Assembly (NCBI GenBank): GCA_030141605.1
Contig: JAQGDQ010000268.1
Span: forward strand, 1 to 64,000
Reading direction: 5' to 3'
Length of the DNA: 64,000 nucleotides
From: Tubiluchus corallicola
Taxonomy: Eukaryota > Animalia > Priapulida
In this document: piece by piece, positions 52,117-64,000 of the stretch
Numbering within the stretch: position 1 is the stretch's first letter
Layout: every line of letters begins with the position of its first letter
The notes under the pieces: model-generated
The model's database searches: none
Told to the model about the DNA's origin: nothing
Seen by the model: the letters and a program-made list of their open reading frames with translations, nothing else
Made by a program: the position numbers and the translations under genes

Positions 52117-52746
52117 TAAATGAGTGTTTTACAGCCGAAATGGAAAATTGGGTTAATTTATTTTTTGCAGCAAAACACCGTGTGCTATAAACAATTTAAC
52201 GTTTCGTTACTTTCATGGAAAATAAGATTCCGTTTTCGCTTGAACATCCGTACGTAAGGTCTTGTATCGGGTGTTGATTCAATTCTCATATCAGTGATAT
52301 GATTACATTATTGCACACCGGCAAATGTGCAATACTTTGAATAAATAGACGCCCACGGTTTCACTGTAGCAAGCTACTTTAAGCGTGTTTATTTTCTTTG
52401 TACACTGTTCTTCAACGATCAACTCGCTTTAAAGCAATTTAGATATTTTTTAAATTTCCCAAAAACTAGGCAGGTTAATTAACTCAGAAATTTTTTTAAT
52501 ATGATTTCCATCGTGCATGCGTTTGGTAAAAAATTGTGTGAGTATAATTGCAAGTTATATTGCTTATTAATATAATATAATATAGATATCACTGATATGA
52601 GAACTGGATCAACTGATACAAGACCTTACTTACGGATGTTCAAGGGAAAACACTATCGTATTTTCCGTGAAAGTAGCGAAACGTTAAATTGTTGCACAAA
52701 ATAAATTAACCCTATTTTCCATTTCCGCCGTATAAATATTCGTTTA
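52117..52746. mobile_element. Element with long (~160-180 bp) inverted arms
   Basis: 52117-52300 is the reverse complement, with an indel, of 52586-52746 (e.g. ttgaacatccgtacgtaaggtcttgtatc / gatacaagaccttacttacggatgttcaa); 285-bp spacer. Confidence 0.8.
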
Positions 52747-54516
52747 TATATTATATTATTGTAATATAATGTCCAAATTATCTGTTACAAGTCTTTAGTA
52801 AAGATAATAATAAAAAGTTTTAAAACGAGATACGTAAAAATTAGTTACTCAGCAGTTTTACTCTTAGTAAGGAAATTATTACGACATAGTTTCTGATCGT
52901 TCGTTACGGTACAAAAAATCGGCAAATGCATTATTTATGATGCAATGTCAATGCAGTTCAGTGTTGCCCGACATAAACAGTTTAGGGAAGTGTTTAGTTG
53001 TCAAACATTAGACTTTCTTTGAAGTGCAGGCGCTCGGTCTACTGATTGATGATCTCATTGCGAATTGTTTGTTTACTGTAGTAGTAGTATACAGGATGTT
53101 CCCACACCAAGCAAATCTGTACTTGGTGTTGGATAGTTGAACTGGTTCATGCTGTACGTGCTATGAGTCCCAGGCGATTCACTGACATTAGGTAGTTGTG
53201 AAATCGTGCCGCGATATGATGTAATCTCTAGTCAGATGACGGGTGGTAGCCTGCTGGGTGCCAGAATTACCGGAAGTCCAGGAAATGGCGTCATTGTTCG
53301 TTTGTTATTGCTGAATTTACGTTACCGGTCAGGTGTCCACATCCGAGTCTTGACTTGAAAAAAATTTAATTTTTTCGTTTTAATTTCACCCATTATTTAG
53401 CTGCAGTTTGAGATGGGGAACCCCATGGGTATCACTCAGGCATGGACAGTTGAACATTTATTGTTTTACTTTGTGATTCGACAGTTCAGCTTTGTGAGAA
53501 ACCTAGGTGTAGTACTCATTACTCAATGGAAATAATTAATTGTGTTTGTACCATTGTTATTGGCGGCTCTGCTCAACATAATTAATTATCTATACATAAT
53601 GAATCTACAGTAGTTATATTATGTAGTGTTCTCTTAATAGCAAGTGAGCATACGCTTTAATCACGGTATCTGAAGCCATTCAAGAGACTTCCTTGAAATG
53701 CTGTAAAGAGACTTGTTTGCTAGTCAAGATATATTAAAGCGTACAACATTCATTAAGTGTGACATTTACATGCTAGTCTGACAATCCTTTTGTGTTCACG
53801 TGACATTTACTGACATTGCTTCCACTAAGAGGTTGTATGTCTGTTTATCAGGTTGAATGTGTGCTCGCATTATACCCGGGAGTGATACAGTCACTGTGAC
53901 GTAACTCATTTAGTTTGTTGTTGTGTTTAGCTGGAGAGCAATGAAAACTTTCGCTGCGAATTTTCTTGAAATTTCGCAAACGTCTTTGAATTTTTAATGC
54001 CAAGAAACCGAGGTGCTGCTTTTGTGAGCGAGACAGAGAGTTTGCTGAATTCGTAGGCCTTGTCTGTTTATTATATTAACCTCATGTACAACTGCCATTG
54101 ATGTATAACACGTGGCTATTCTGTAACGATTTATATGAACGCCTTGGCTATCTAACGGCGGTTGTTCCATTGTCCAGGTAGGGACCACTTTTTATCTGCT
54201 TTTCGTTGACCTCATTATGCGTTTTCATTATTTGGCGACTTTTGTAGTAAATGTTTAGTCAAATGCTTTTCGCAAAATTTATAACTGTTTTTTATATCGT
54301 CCGACAATTATCATCGAAATTTGAAATTGTTTTTATCTTAGTTTAGTCGATGGGACCTTTAATATCGCGTCTTGTGTGTTGTAGCCTGTTGTCTAAATAA
54401 GTCTGTCCATAAATTCAGTTAATTAATTCATGAAAATTGCCAACATTGTAGTTTGATGCTGTGCAAGTATAAATTAGCTCGTGCTCGATTTGGTCCGTTT
54501 TCTCTCTACCTTTGAC

Positions 54517-56150
54517 GGGTGTGCGGACATTTGGTCAACGATTGTGCTTTACCACAATACTTTTGGATACAAAAGGTAATTTGCACATGTGTATAGGTTA
54601 TTTGGGTGCACAGATAACTTGCAGACACAGATTTTTGGCACAGGAGATTAGGAAACATATGGTCATTGGGAACACGGGCCACATGAATTTTGGACGGATA
54701 GACTTAGTAGTTGGACGCACAGGCCATTTGGAATTTTGGACACACGTCATTTTGCATGAAAATTGAACACTTCTAAGAGTGGGCATATAGACATGAATAG
54801 CTTATTTTTTTATTGTCCAACGTTTGGGAATCCTTATTGGAAGAAGCATCAATGATATTTTATTCTTAAGCTAAATGTTTAACCAAATCAATACAGTTTG
54901 TGCCGAATTCGCATTTTTACTGTGCATACGCGTCTTGGCACAAACAAAGTTTGCCAGCACGTCTGACTATGTTAAAATATTTAGGTTGTAAAACACTGAA
55001 GCTTTATTCATTGAAGCTTATTTGCTCTGTCAAAAATTTAAAACAAAATAACCTGTAAAGACTACAACACTTACAACAAATGCAGGCACTAGTCTGGGGT
55101 AATGAATTCATTCCAGAGATATCTAAATAAGCGGTTTTTTGTATTATGATCAATCAGTGATCGTGGATTGATCATTTCTCAGAAGGGGTACCTTTTTATG
55201 AAAATGCCTTATTTTACCTATTTGAGCGACTTGCCTGTAGACTGCATAGACTGTTAATTTTGGGGGAGTTGGATTTCACTAGCTAGGAAAAATCTTATTT
55301 GAAAAGTTTAGGTAATATGCCATTCGTTTGTAATCCACGTTTTTTCAGACATCAAAAATCTTTTGGAATTTATAAATTTGAAACCTACCCATCCCCTATA
55401 ACGTAGTGTAGCTAAATAACCCGTGTTGCTAAATGGTACCATGTCCCTCTTAAATCCAAATGGATACCTGTCCTAAACAGTATGTGTCCAATTAATCTAC
55501 ATATCTAAATAACCTATGTATCCAAATCATCTGCTTTAACATTACCATATATTAGATTTAATTTATTCATAATCCTAGTTTCAAGATTACTTTAGTAGTA
55601 TAATTCAATTTTTGAACCAAACATGGCCGAAATAAAGAACATGTAAGTCCGGACTGAACTCCAATTTGAACTAGTTTCCTTGGCTAATAGGTGACGTATA
55701 TGTCCAAATTGCAAGTTCTGACTTTCAGGATGACTTGCTTATGTATGTTCGAATTACTTACGTATCAAAATAACTTGTATGTAAAGAACTTATGTCCCAA
55801 AAATTACATAATGTAAATGATTTTGACTTAAGTGTCCAAGTCAGTTGCATGTTCAAATATCATTTGTGCCCAAATGACCTAAGTAATCAAAATACCTTGT
55901 GCCCAAGTTACCTTGCATCCAAACATCTTATGTGTCCAAAATATCTAGTGTCCAAATGTCCTCTGTCCCCTTGTGTTGCAGTCTTCTATGTTTCCCATGG
56001 AAAATATCTAGTGTCCAAAACATCTAGTGTTTGAATGGCATATATGTGTCAAAAAAATCCTTTGTCCACATAACCTATGTTACAAATGGCCCACGTGTCC
56101 AAAATCTTTGTGTCGACGTAACTTGTGTCCAAAAACCCTGTAAACCCAAG
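54517..56150. mobile_element. Foldback-like element with inverted arrays of short degenerate repeats
   Basis: Left arm has repeated TTGGACAC-like units; right arm has repeated GTGTCCAA-like units; termini gggtgtgcggacatttgg / ccaaatgtcctctgtcccc (ends 55970); an extra array extends to about 56150. Confidence 0.6.
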
Positions 56151-59100
56151 GTTCCCAGAAGTTTCAAGTTTTCGTGTACGCGTATAAAATATTTCAATGT
56201 TCCCTCTAATTGCATCTCTCTTACTCACGGAATGAGTTTATACACTGTAGCCTTGTTAACTTGCTGTGTAATGGCATAGTAGATTTATTCATCTGTGAAT
56301 TAATGAGATTTGTACATGAGTAAAGTGGCGAGGAATGTGTGGAAGAGTGCGCATGGAATTAAATTTTTTCACAAGTGAAAGCTGAGAATTTGAAACTACA
56401 TTTTGACTGTAATGTTCTTTGACAAGACTTTCTATGTATTTGTGTCTGGCGATTTTTTGCTCAGAAATTTGCAAACTGTGTTGATTATTACCCTGAGTAG
56501 TACTTTTTGCATGGTGTGGATAAGAAGAAAATTTTCTGTGCACAATTAATATAACATAAAATGATGTTGTTTTGTTAATGATTAGAATGTCTGCCCGCAG
56601 GAAACGCATTTGGACGCTTCGAGTCCATATTGTCTGTAGTGTGCCATGATCGGAATGGGTTCATCCTTTTAAGCAAACGTAATTTAAATAACGGTCTTGG
56701 ACACGGTGTTATATTACGCAAATTCAGTATAGGGCTGATCGTAGGGCTCTTCTTATCATGTCACCTACCCTTTTCAGTTCTGTGCTGTGCGCTGTTGCAT
56801 TTGGGCTGATTAGAAATTAGTTACACATAATTCAAAACATATTACTATTTTGATTTAAATTGACATATTTAGATTTGGCTTGATCAATAGCAACGTGAGA
56901 GCTTGTCAGATTTCCACTTTGATGAAATTTCTTTAAATTTATGGTTGTAAATTGAACATTTAGATGCAAAGGTAAAAGAAGGAAAATTCAACAGACGTCG
57001 TTTATTATTCAAACATTATTCGGAATTATAGGCTTTCACCCTGTTTAGCTGAACCCGGCAAGTGAGCATAGGTATACCAACGCAACGAGATAATATTACG
57101 ACTGCCTGGATTATTGTATTTCATTAAATTTGCAAAGAAAATAGCGGGCTGAGCAAATTCGTAAGTTAATTGTTTCCGTAGCTCCCACTCCCTAGGATTT
57201 GAATCCTGAGTGCTCTAAATTCGAATTCATTAAAAAATTCACACATCACGTGTTTAAGTTGTGGTTTCTTGTCTGGCAATTTGGTTCTATTTGGCTGGCA
57301 TTTTTTAACTATTAATTTCGTTTTTGTAACGTGTACGTGTACTTTCATCTCTCAACTAAACAACATAATTAGAACAGGAGACGCTTTTCTCCAGTTACGC
57401 GTTTGACCCGCGTCTGTGAATCTCACTAAGTTCATAGCTTATCTTATGAATCAGTTAATTACAAGGCAACGAGTAGAGCAGCACATGGACGATAAAAATT
57501 CAGCATCTGTGTTGCTTTTCAAATTTCACTTTCATTAGCTGTGCTTTCTGCAAGGTTGCGCGACTTTGTTCTACTTTCACGCATTTTCTCTACGTGCGTT
57601 AATCGCTTTTGCTCTCATAATGGCACTGACCAACTGACATACATTCTGTCAAAATCGCTTTCGCTTTTTCTATTTTGCTAAAACTGGTTCATGATCAAGA
57701 ACGTCGACAATGGAGTGTGTATCGGATGAATGTCATGCTTCAAGGCTCTCACCACCCGTCCTGCAGCTACTGTTATACTGCAGGTATGCTATTAGATGAT
57801 TGTCATGCTTCGAGGGTCTCCTCACCCGTCCGGCTGCTTGCTACGTGTATGTAGTGAGGGCCTTGGAATGATTTTATTACGGTGAAGGTTGGGTTGGTGC
57901 TCAATGAATGGGTGACTGTTTTACAACGCTGAGCTGACATTGGATTTGATAAGTTTTACAGCGTAAATCAAGTTGATCAACTTTCGCTGTATCTATCTGT
58001 AGACCCCTGTAGTGTCAGATACTAATTTTTTTCTATTGTATTCAGTTATTTTTTCCAGCGTTGTGTGAAATTTCTGACAAGTTTTGTCGGGAATCTATAC
58101 TTAATGATAGCAAGAAAACAGCGCGAAAGTACAACATATTTCATATCTAATCAGATACTCTTTGAACACACTGTGTCCATCATCAGTTAAATAAAAACGA
58201 AAAGAATGGATCTTAGTACTTCAAATAGAATGGAAAACCAATTAGAATAATGTTATAATAAAGAATTAGAACAAAGACAGTGGAACTGATGTTCCATTGG
58301 AATTTAAGCTGTGTTATCAAATTTTAATGTGCCAGTTTCCTTTTTTCTTAGAAAAATAATCATTAGATGACGATGAAAAAATTTTAAAGTTAGTATTAGA
58401 AATAGGGTGACCACACTGACCAGTGAGATTATTGTGGTCTGTTATAGCAGAATCTTCAGACACAATAATTTCTGTCCCAGTTAGCAGAGATGCCGTAATG
58501 GCTTCCAGTTTTTGTGATTAAGTGACACTTTGTTTTGCCATAGTAAAATTGCAGTTACTACACGAATATTTACATTTAGGATATTGAAAATTCTGCCCAA
58601 ATTATAAAGAGACACAATATTGTCTGGTCACTCTAGTTCTCGTTTCTGCTATATTGTTTGTTAAAAACCAAAGAAAGTTTACACAGTAAATTTGACAACC
58701 CAATTTTAAATTCCATTCGAACAATATTCCACTGCGTTTGTTTTAGTCTTTTAGTTTGCATTATTTTTATTGTTTTTTTTTGCGTTCTGTTTAAAGTTGT
58801 CAGTCTTTTCATTTATCATCATCATTTTATTGGACCGAGGATGCACACAGCATGTACGGAAGCTAGCTGATTAAATTTGAAATGTGTTATATTTTCGTTG
58901 TTGTATGTTGTTTCGTTGCTGCCTTTATCAGTCGTTAAGTTGTTGGATCAGTAACAATATATTGTGTGGAATAGAAAAGATAATTTCTTTTGTGATTTCT
59001 TAAAGTTTATTTCTTGTAAATGTATTTAAACATTTCCTAAGTTGTAGTCAAGCATCACATTAATGTCTGGCTTAACGAGGACAAACAAAATTTAATTCAT

Positions 59101-60076
59101 TCGCATCTCTTGCCAAACGAACCTCGCTGCGGGCATATTGAAAAAAATGACGAAAATTGGTGGACAGCAATCACAACTGTTGTGTAAAAGTGTTGTTGTT
59201 TAACTGTAATGCACAATGTCTACAATAAATTTAAATAAATAACCAGAAAAAATGCTTGGTTGACGCTTGCCCATTGGCTGTTTCAAGTTCAACTCAGTCA
59301 ACTGTCAAATTGCTAATGCGACAAAAGTGTATCCTTCTGAATGGGACAAGCAGTATGTTTTTTTTAATAAAAACACGAATTTTGTCGGCGTCATCCTTAA
59401 TTCTAGTCTGTCTTTTTCAAAGCACATTAACCTCTGCATATATTTTACATATCAATGTACCTTTTCAAAGAAAAATTCTGGATGCAGCCTAGTTTTAAAC
59501 GTGAAAATACACATTACTAATGATTTTTTAACACACAAATGTGTTAACTTTATGTAATCCAAGTCGCGGGACAAATTTATTAGTGCAGGTTTTTGCTAGC
59601 AATAATGTGAAACGCTGTACATAAATACTCCTGTAAAATATTTATGCACTTGCTAGACTGACACGTCGTATAACTTTATAGCGCGTTTTAGCAGCCGGAA
59701 ACCGGCGGAAAACCCGTCCAGATACAAGCTGTGTTTTAGCTTGCATGCTGGAAGAAATGTAAACTCAGCGTCTGCCGGAATTTCCGGCGTATAAAGAGTT
59801 AATACACTTTAAACAGTGTTAGAAATGGTATAGTTTTTATAACTTCAGTTCATCATTTATCACGTCTGTAATATTGTCAATAATAATTATCGTATTAATG
59901 CACATACAAATTTGTAGATATGTAATGTAATATTTTAGTATTTTTATTCTTATGGTTTTTAACTTAGACTAATTGACACAATTACGCACATCAGTGTGTC
60001 ACTAACTAGTTATACACCTATTTTTATGTGTGATGTAACTTTTTTACTCTGCACTAGTGTGTATATTATGTATACA

Positions 60077-60081
60077 TACAC

Positions 60082-60116
<35 letters not shown>
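60077..60116. repeat. (CA)n microsatellite
   Basis: Directly visible. Confidence 0.95.
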
Positions 60117-60119
<3 letters not shown>

Positions 60120-60594
60120 GTATATAATAAGGCTATAGCGGGTACAAAAAATAAACAGGCCGTGATCAGTAGAATAATTCTTGAACTTGTTGATCATGTC
60201 TTCAGCACCACATGTCTACACAATGTGTATATTGCTACGTTTGCATTTGTTTCAGTTAGCTTACACCACAGGCCTAGTGAAATTAAACAGAATTTTAAAA
60301 CCGATAACGTATTTTAGCATCTTTTTGTAAATTTCTTGCGTCACTGTATCAAAATAAATTCGCAAAAAAACTCAGGATAGCCTGTGATTGCAACAGTTTA
60401 TGTTACTCATGTGACGATGAAATAAATCACAAGAATGAATGCAAAAGAATGGAACTCAACCTACGCTTGAACCAGTCTTTTGGAACTACAACTCCGCTTA
60501 CATAATGCCATAATCATTATTCATTACGCTATCCAACATCTTATGCATTATTATTTATGATGTTGGAATTGCCCGGTTGGAAAGAGTACAACCG

Positions 60595-60700
60595 ACAGTG
60601 CAACAGTCTGGAGCATCGTATTTTGCAACTAAAAAGCTGCGAGTTCGAATCCCCGTTAATGATGTCTGCGTTATGTTTCTTTGTATTATTTTCCAGTTCA
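60595..60700 (+). mobile_element. Possible tRNA-derived SINE head
   Basis: B-box GAGTTCGAATCCC at about 60641-60653; A-box weak; no cloverleaf. Confidence 0.35.
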
Positions 60701-62299
60701 TACTGTTTGTACATTTTGCAAAATGCTTATATAAGGTTTTGCTAGCTTCTAAAAATATGCTAGTTTGTAGTTTCCTTAAAATTGTTTTGAATGTGCTAAT
60801 GTTAAAATGCGAAATTATTTTGCAATTGTCTGAAACTCGCTGATAAGTAATAACTGGGGAAGCAAATACTTGTGTGGTTATGTTGTGTGAAAGGCTGATA
60901 AGAAAAGCAACACAGGACTTAGTTACGAATTAGCCTGGTGATTGGTCACTTGTCAAGAAATCATAGTTTTGAATGATATTGCTAAAACGAAATTGAATTC
61001 CTAAGTAATCAAGCATGACGAATTCAATGGGATTCACAAGTATGCCCTTCACAGTCTTGAGTTACGGAAAACTTGTGAAAAAGTGAGCACAACAGTACTT
61101 ACTACAAAAAATTAACTACAAAATTTTGTTAACTGCAAAAAATTTTCATTTGAAAACTGCCACGTAAAGAATCTCCAGAATCTTAACACAATTTTTGACA
61201 CAGCCAAAAACGTCCTCTTGTTTCTTCTTAGAATCGAGCTAATAGTTATGAACAGTTGCTGATTGCGTAATTATTGTCACTTATAAGTAATCACCTAGCA
61301 TTGTGGTGATATTTTGTCTACAAGAAGAGTTTATAAATAACTTTATTACGTTAATCATTCACTATGACATGAAGCCACGTTTTAGCTGGATGGGCCGGTA
61401 TCAGGGCCCTGGGAAGCCAGTCGTGTCACGTGTGTGAGAGGGACTGTTGTTATGGCATTATTGATCAGCATTGCGCTTGCAGCGCTAAATTCTGTACGGT
61501 TTCGGTTATTTCACTGTGACTCATGAATCCTTGTCATTGCATTAAAAGACGTTGCGATGTTCTGACAGAGATAAGAGATCAGGAGTGATTAATTTTGCGC
61601 AGAAGGGCCTTGCCCTGTGCTGAAGGTTGGTGACTACATATGACTAACACTGGTACTTGACATGTTTACATGTTTTACTTTCCTTGGATCTTGTCGTATA
61701 AAAAGACAATATTGAGCATCTTGCATTGGCCGTGAAATCACCATTTTTTCTTGCAAACAGGTGCAGTGGAAATAACTTCAATTCAAATGAAATGAAAATT
61801 GGCATGAAAAGTAGACTTTTTAACAAATTTTTGATGTCAAGTCCATCTACGCGACAGTTAGTTTACACAAGAGATGACTAAAGCTTAGCTAACAAACCTT
61901 TACTATCTTGGGTTATCATTACATTGTATTACATCATTCGAAAATGTATAATACTGCTCCTGTGTCAAATACAGGAAATGTAACCTCCCAGTCACTGATC
62001 ATCTGAGAAATGACACTTAGCGCGCGTGAATTACCTCAGCATCAAGTGCAAATATAAGTTTACCACTTATTTAGGCTTCCAACTTTTTGCCTGCCATTTG
62101 TACATCAATAACAAATATGTTCACATTCATTAATTACTTGTCATTGGCGCGCAAATGTCAACCACAAAGTTCAAAGCCTAAAGTGACTAACAAACCTTTA
62201 TTGTCAGAGACTGTGTTAAAGTAAATTTAAGATCAGAAAAAGGTCCTAATGGGAAATTCGTGCTGAATGGTAAATATGCGGTAATGGGAAATACGATGA

Positions 62300-62443
62300 A
62301 TTATTATTATTATTATATGCGTGTTTGATCGAAGAACCAAGTGGAACAATTTTTCTAGTGTTGGCATGATAACCCAAACATGGAATTGAACCCACAAACT
62401 CCTCAATGAAAGCAAATACGCTATCCTCGTAGCTATTCCTAAG
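62300..62443 (-). mobile_element. tRNA-derived SINE remnant
   Basis: On minus strand: A-box-like TAGCTACGAGG (62435-62425), B-box GGTTCAATTCC (62392-62382), (TAA)5 tail. Confidence 0.55.
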
Positions 62444-64000
62444 ACATAGCACGTTTTGCTTACATTGAACTGCCACTTCCAAAAATCGCTAACTCTTCCC
62501 AGCTGAAGCCGACGACCTTGAGTTGGTGCTGCTAGTCATTCACCTCTAAGCCTGGGTTTCATCATTTCTTTGATTGCATCACTTTCGTTATGTGAGTGCA
62601 CGCTACACGCCATGGAGTGGGGCGTCAGTTCTGTTAAGTGAAATTGATTTCCAGCATCAATATTTTATTTTAACAACCATATGTGGCTTACACGCTTTCA
62701 AACATATCGCGGTGGCTTTGTTGTATCGTGGGGCATTTAGGTGAAATTAGAGGTGGTTTTTGTTCAGGTGGGGTTTTGGCGCGCATAGGGAATTTGTATG
62801 TTTATTCTGTATTTGCACCTGGCTGTTGGGACCAACCGTTAATTGGTTTTTCACTATAACGGTTATCGTGCAAGCGATAAAAGCTTGTACAGTTCATAAA
62901 TCCTCCTCTGTTGTGTGCTAATCCAGCTTTTAACAACAATTCACATTACCAGTTGTATGAATTTGACTTCCTTGCAATGCGTTCGCTGTAGAAATGTTTT
63001 TAAAATTCTTTACCATGAAATTTTAAGTGCACATGTAACGTGTAATCATATAAACCTTGAATTAAAATTTATATACATGTATATGTATATGTCCGCAACG
63101 GGTCTTAAGTATATAACTCTATAACTATTCATTAGATCTTAATCTTCATTACAGTTGCTTTTCGGGGTTTTACGGTCTTGCTGGTTAGTACACTTTCAGT
63201 TCAGCTTACCGGGAAATTTAATTCAGTTATTTGTAAACCTTTTTCCCAGTTTCTTTCATCACTGAATGCTGAACGAGATTTTATATTCGTATCAGTAAAT
63301 GTTCTTTTAACTACGATAGGTCTGTCTGATTTTGTTTACTGCCGTTCTTTTAAATTCTATATCTTTTACAGAAATTTTATTGTTAGATTTATGGTTGGCC
63401 AATAAACAAAATTTAAATGTAGAATTGCGTGAGGTGGACGATTGATTAGTTTAACATTTATAACAGTTGCTGCTGTGGCAAGGTTGGTTGAATATTGGGA
63501 TGTTGATGAAAATGTAATGCGAAAATTAGTAGCGAAATAACCAAGGCTTCAAGGGTGCTGGAGAAGCAATACAACAAAAACAGCAACCGACACAACAACC
63601 GTAACACAAAAACAGCAACAGGAACAACGGCAGCAGCAGCATCAATACGTAGTTGATATTAGTGGAACTCTTGGAATCAGTTAGTTTTTCTGTATCCATA
63701 ATTTAAGTAGGTCTTTTACCGTGCTGTTTGTGTTTTTGGTACATCGCAGAATTTCGTAATTTTGAATTTAGTCTTGCATTTATTCATGATAACGCAATTT
63801 AAGGTGATATGGTTGACAGGTGTTGAAACTTTCGCTGCCGTCATTGCCTGTCCCTGTCCACGTGATAGTCACAGCTGTCAGTTCTGTTTTTACTGCCAAA
63901 ATTACCGAGTACCTAAAGTGGTATACAAGCTTAACGGGATGGAGTACATGTTAATAATTTATGACAGAATCCTAACAGGCGGTATGACAGTTTGACACAG

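Noticed and set aside
59690-59802. piggyBac-like end (palindrome gccggaatttccggc...aaagagTTAA)
   Set aside because: No matching opposite terminus found in the window.
60595-62443. tRNA genes at the two B-box sites
   Set aside because: No acceptor stem or cloverleaf; better explained as SINE remnants.
63560-63650. Gln-rich exon candidate
   Set aside because: In-frame stops and no convincing splice pair; degenerate CAA/CAG microsatellite.

Overview
AT-rich eukaryotic (invertebrate metazoan-like) genomic DNA with spliceosomal introns; no prokaryotic features and no CRISPR. The left half carries the 5' part of a KMT2C/D (MLL3/4, Lpt/Trr-type) gene on the minus strand: 17 phase-consistent coding exons from 24634 to 8996, about 1035 codons, encoding an AT-hook, an extended PHD and two PHD clusters. 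It appears to continue past the left edge. Head-to-head with it on the plus strand is an ankyrin-repeat DHHC palmitoyltransferase with an intronless CDS, followed by a 2-exon MPND (RAMA + JAMM/MPN). SEC61G lies convergently on the minus strand. The right ~20 kb has no recognisable intact CDS; it holds a decayed hAT transposase, MITE/foldback elements, tRNA-derived SINE remnants and orphan promoter/first-exon-like segments. Best leads: (i) a CpG-rich, phase-compatible internal first exon plus an intronic stop/poly(A) signal in the large KMT2C/D intron after the PHD cluster, which could yield separate PHD-only and PHD-less products; (ii) a dual-acceptor cassette/poison exon and an abutting uORF in the same gene; (iii) intron-poor ZDHHC and MPND in tandem; (iv) alternative terminal exons for SEC61G. 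All splice models were read by eye and need transcript support.
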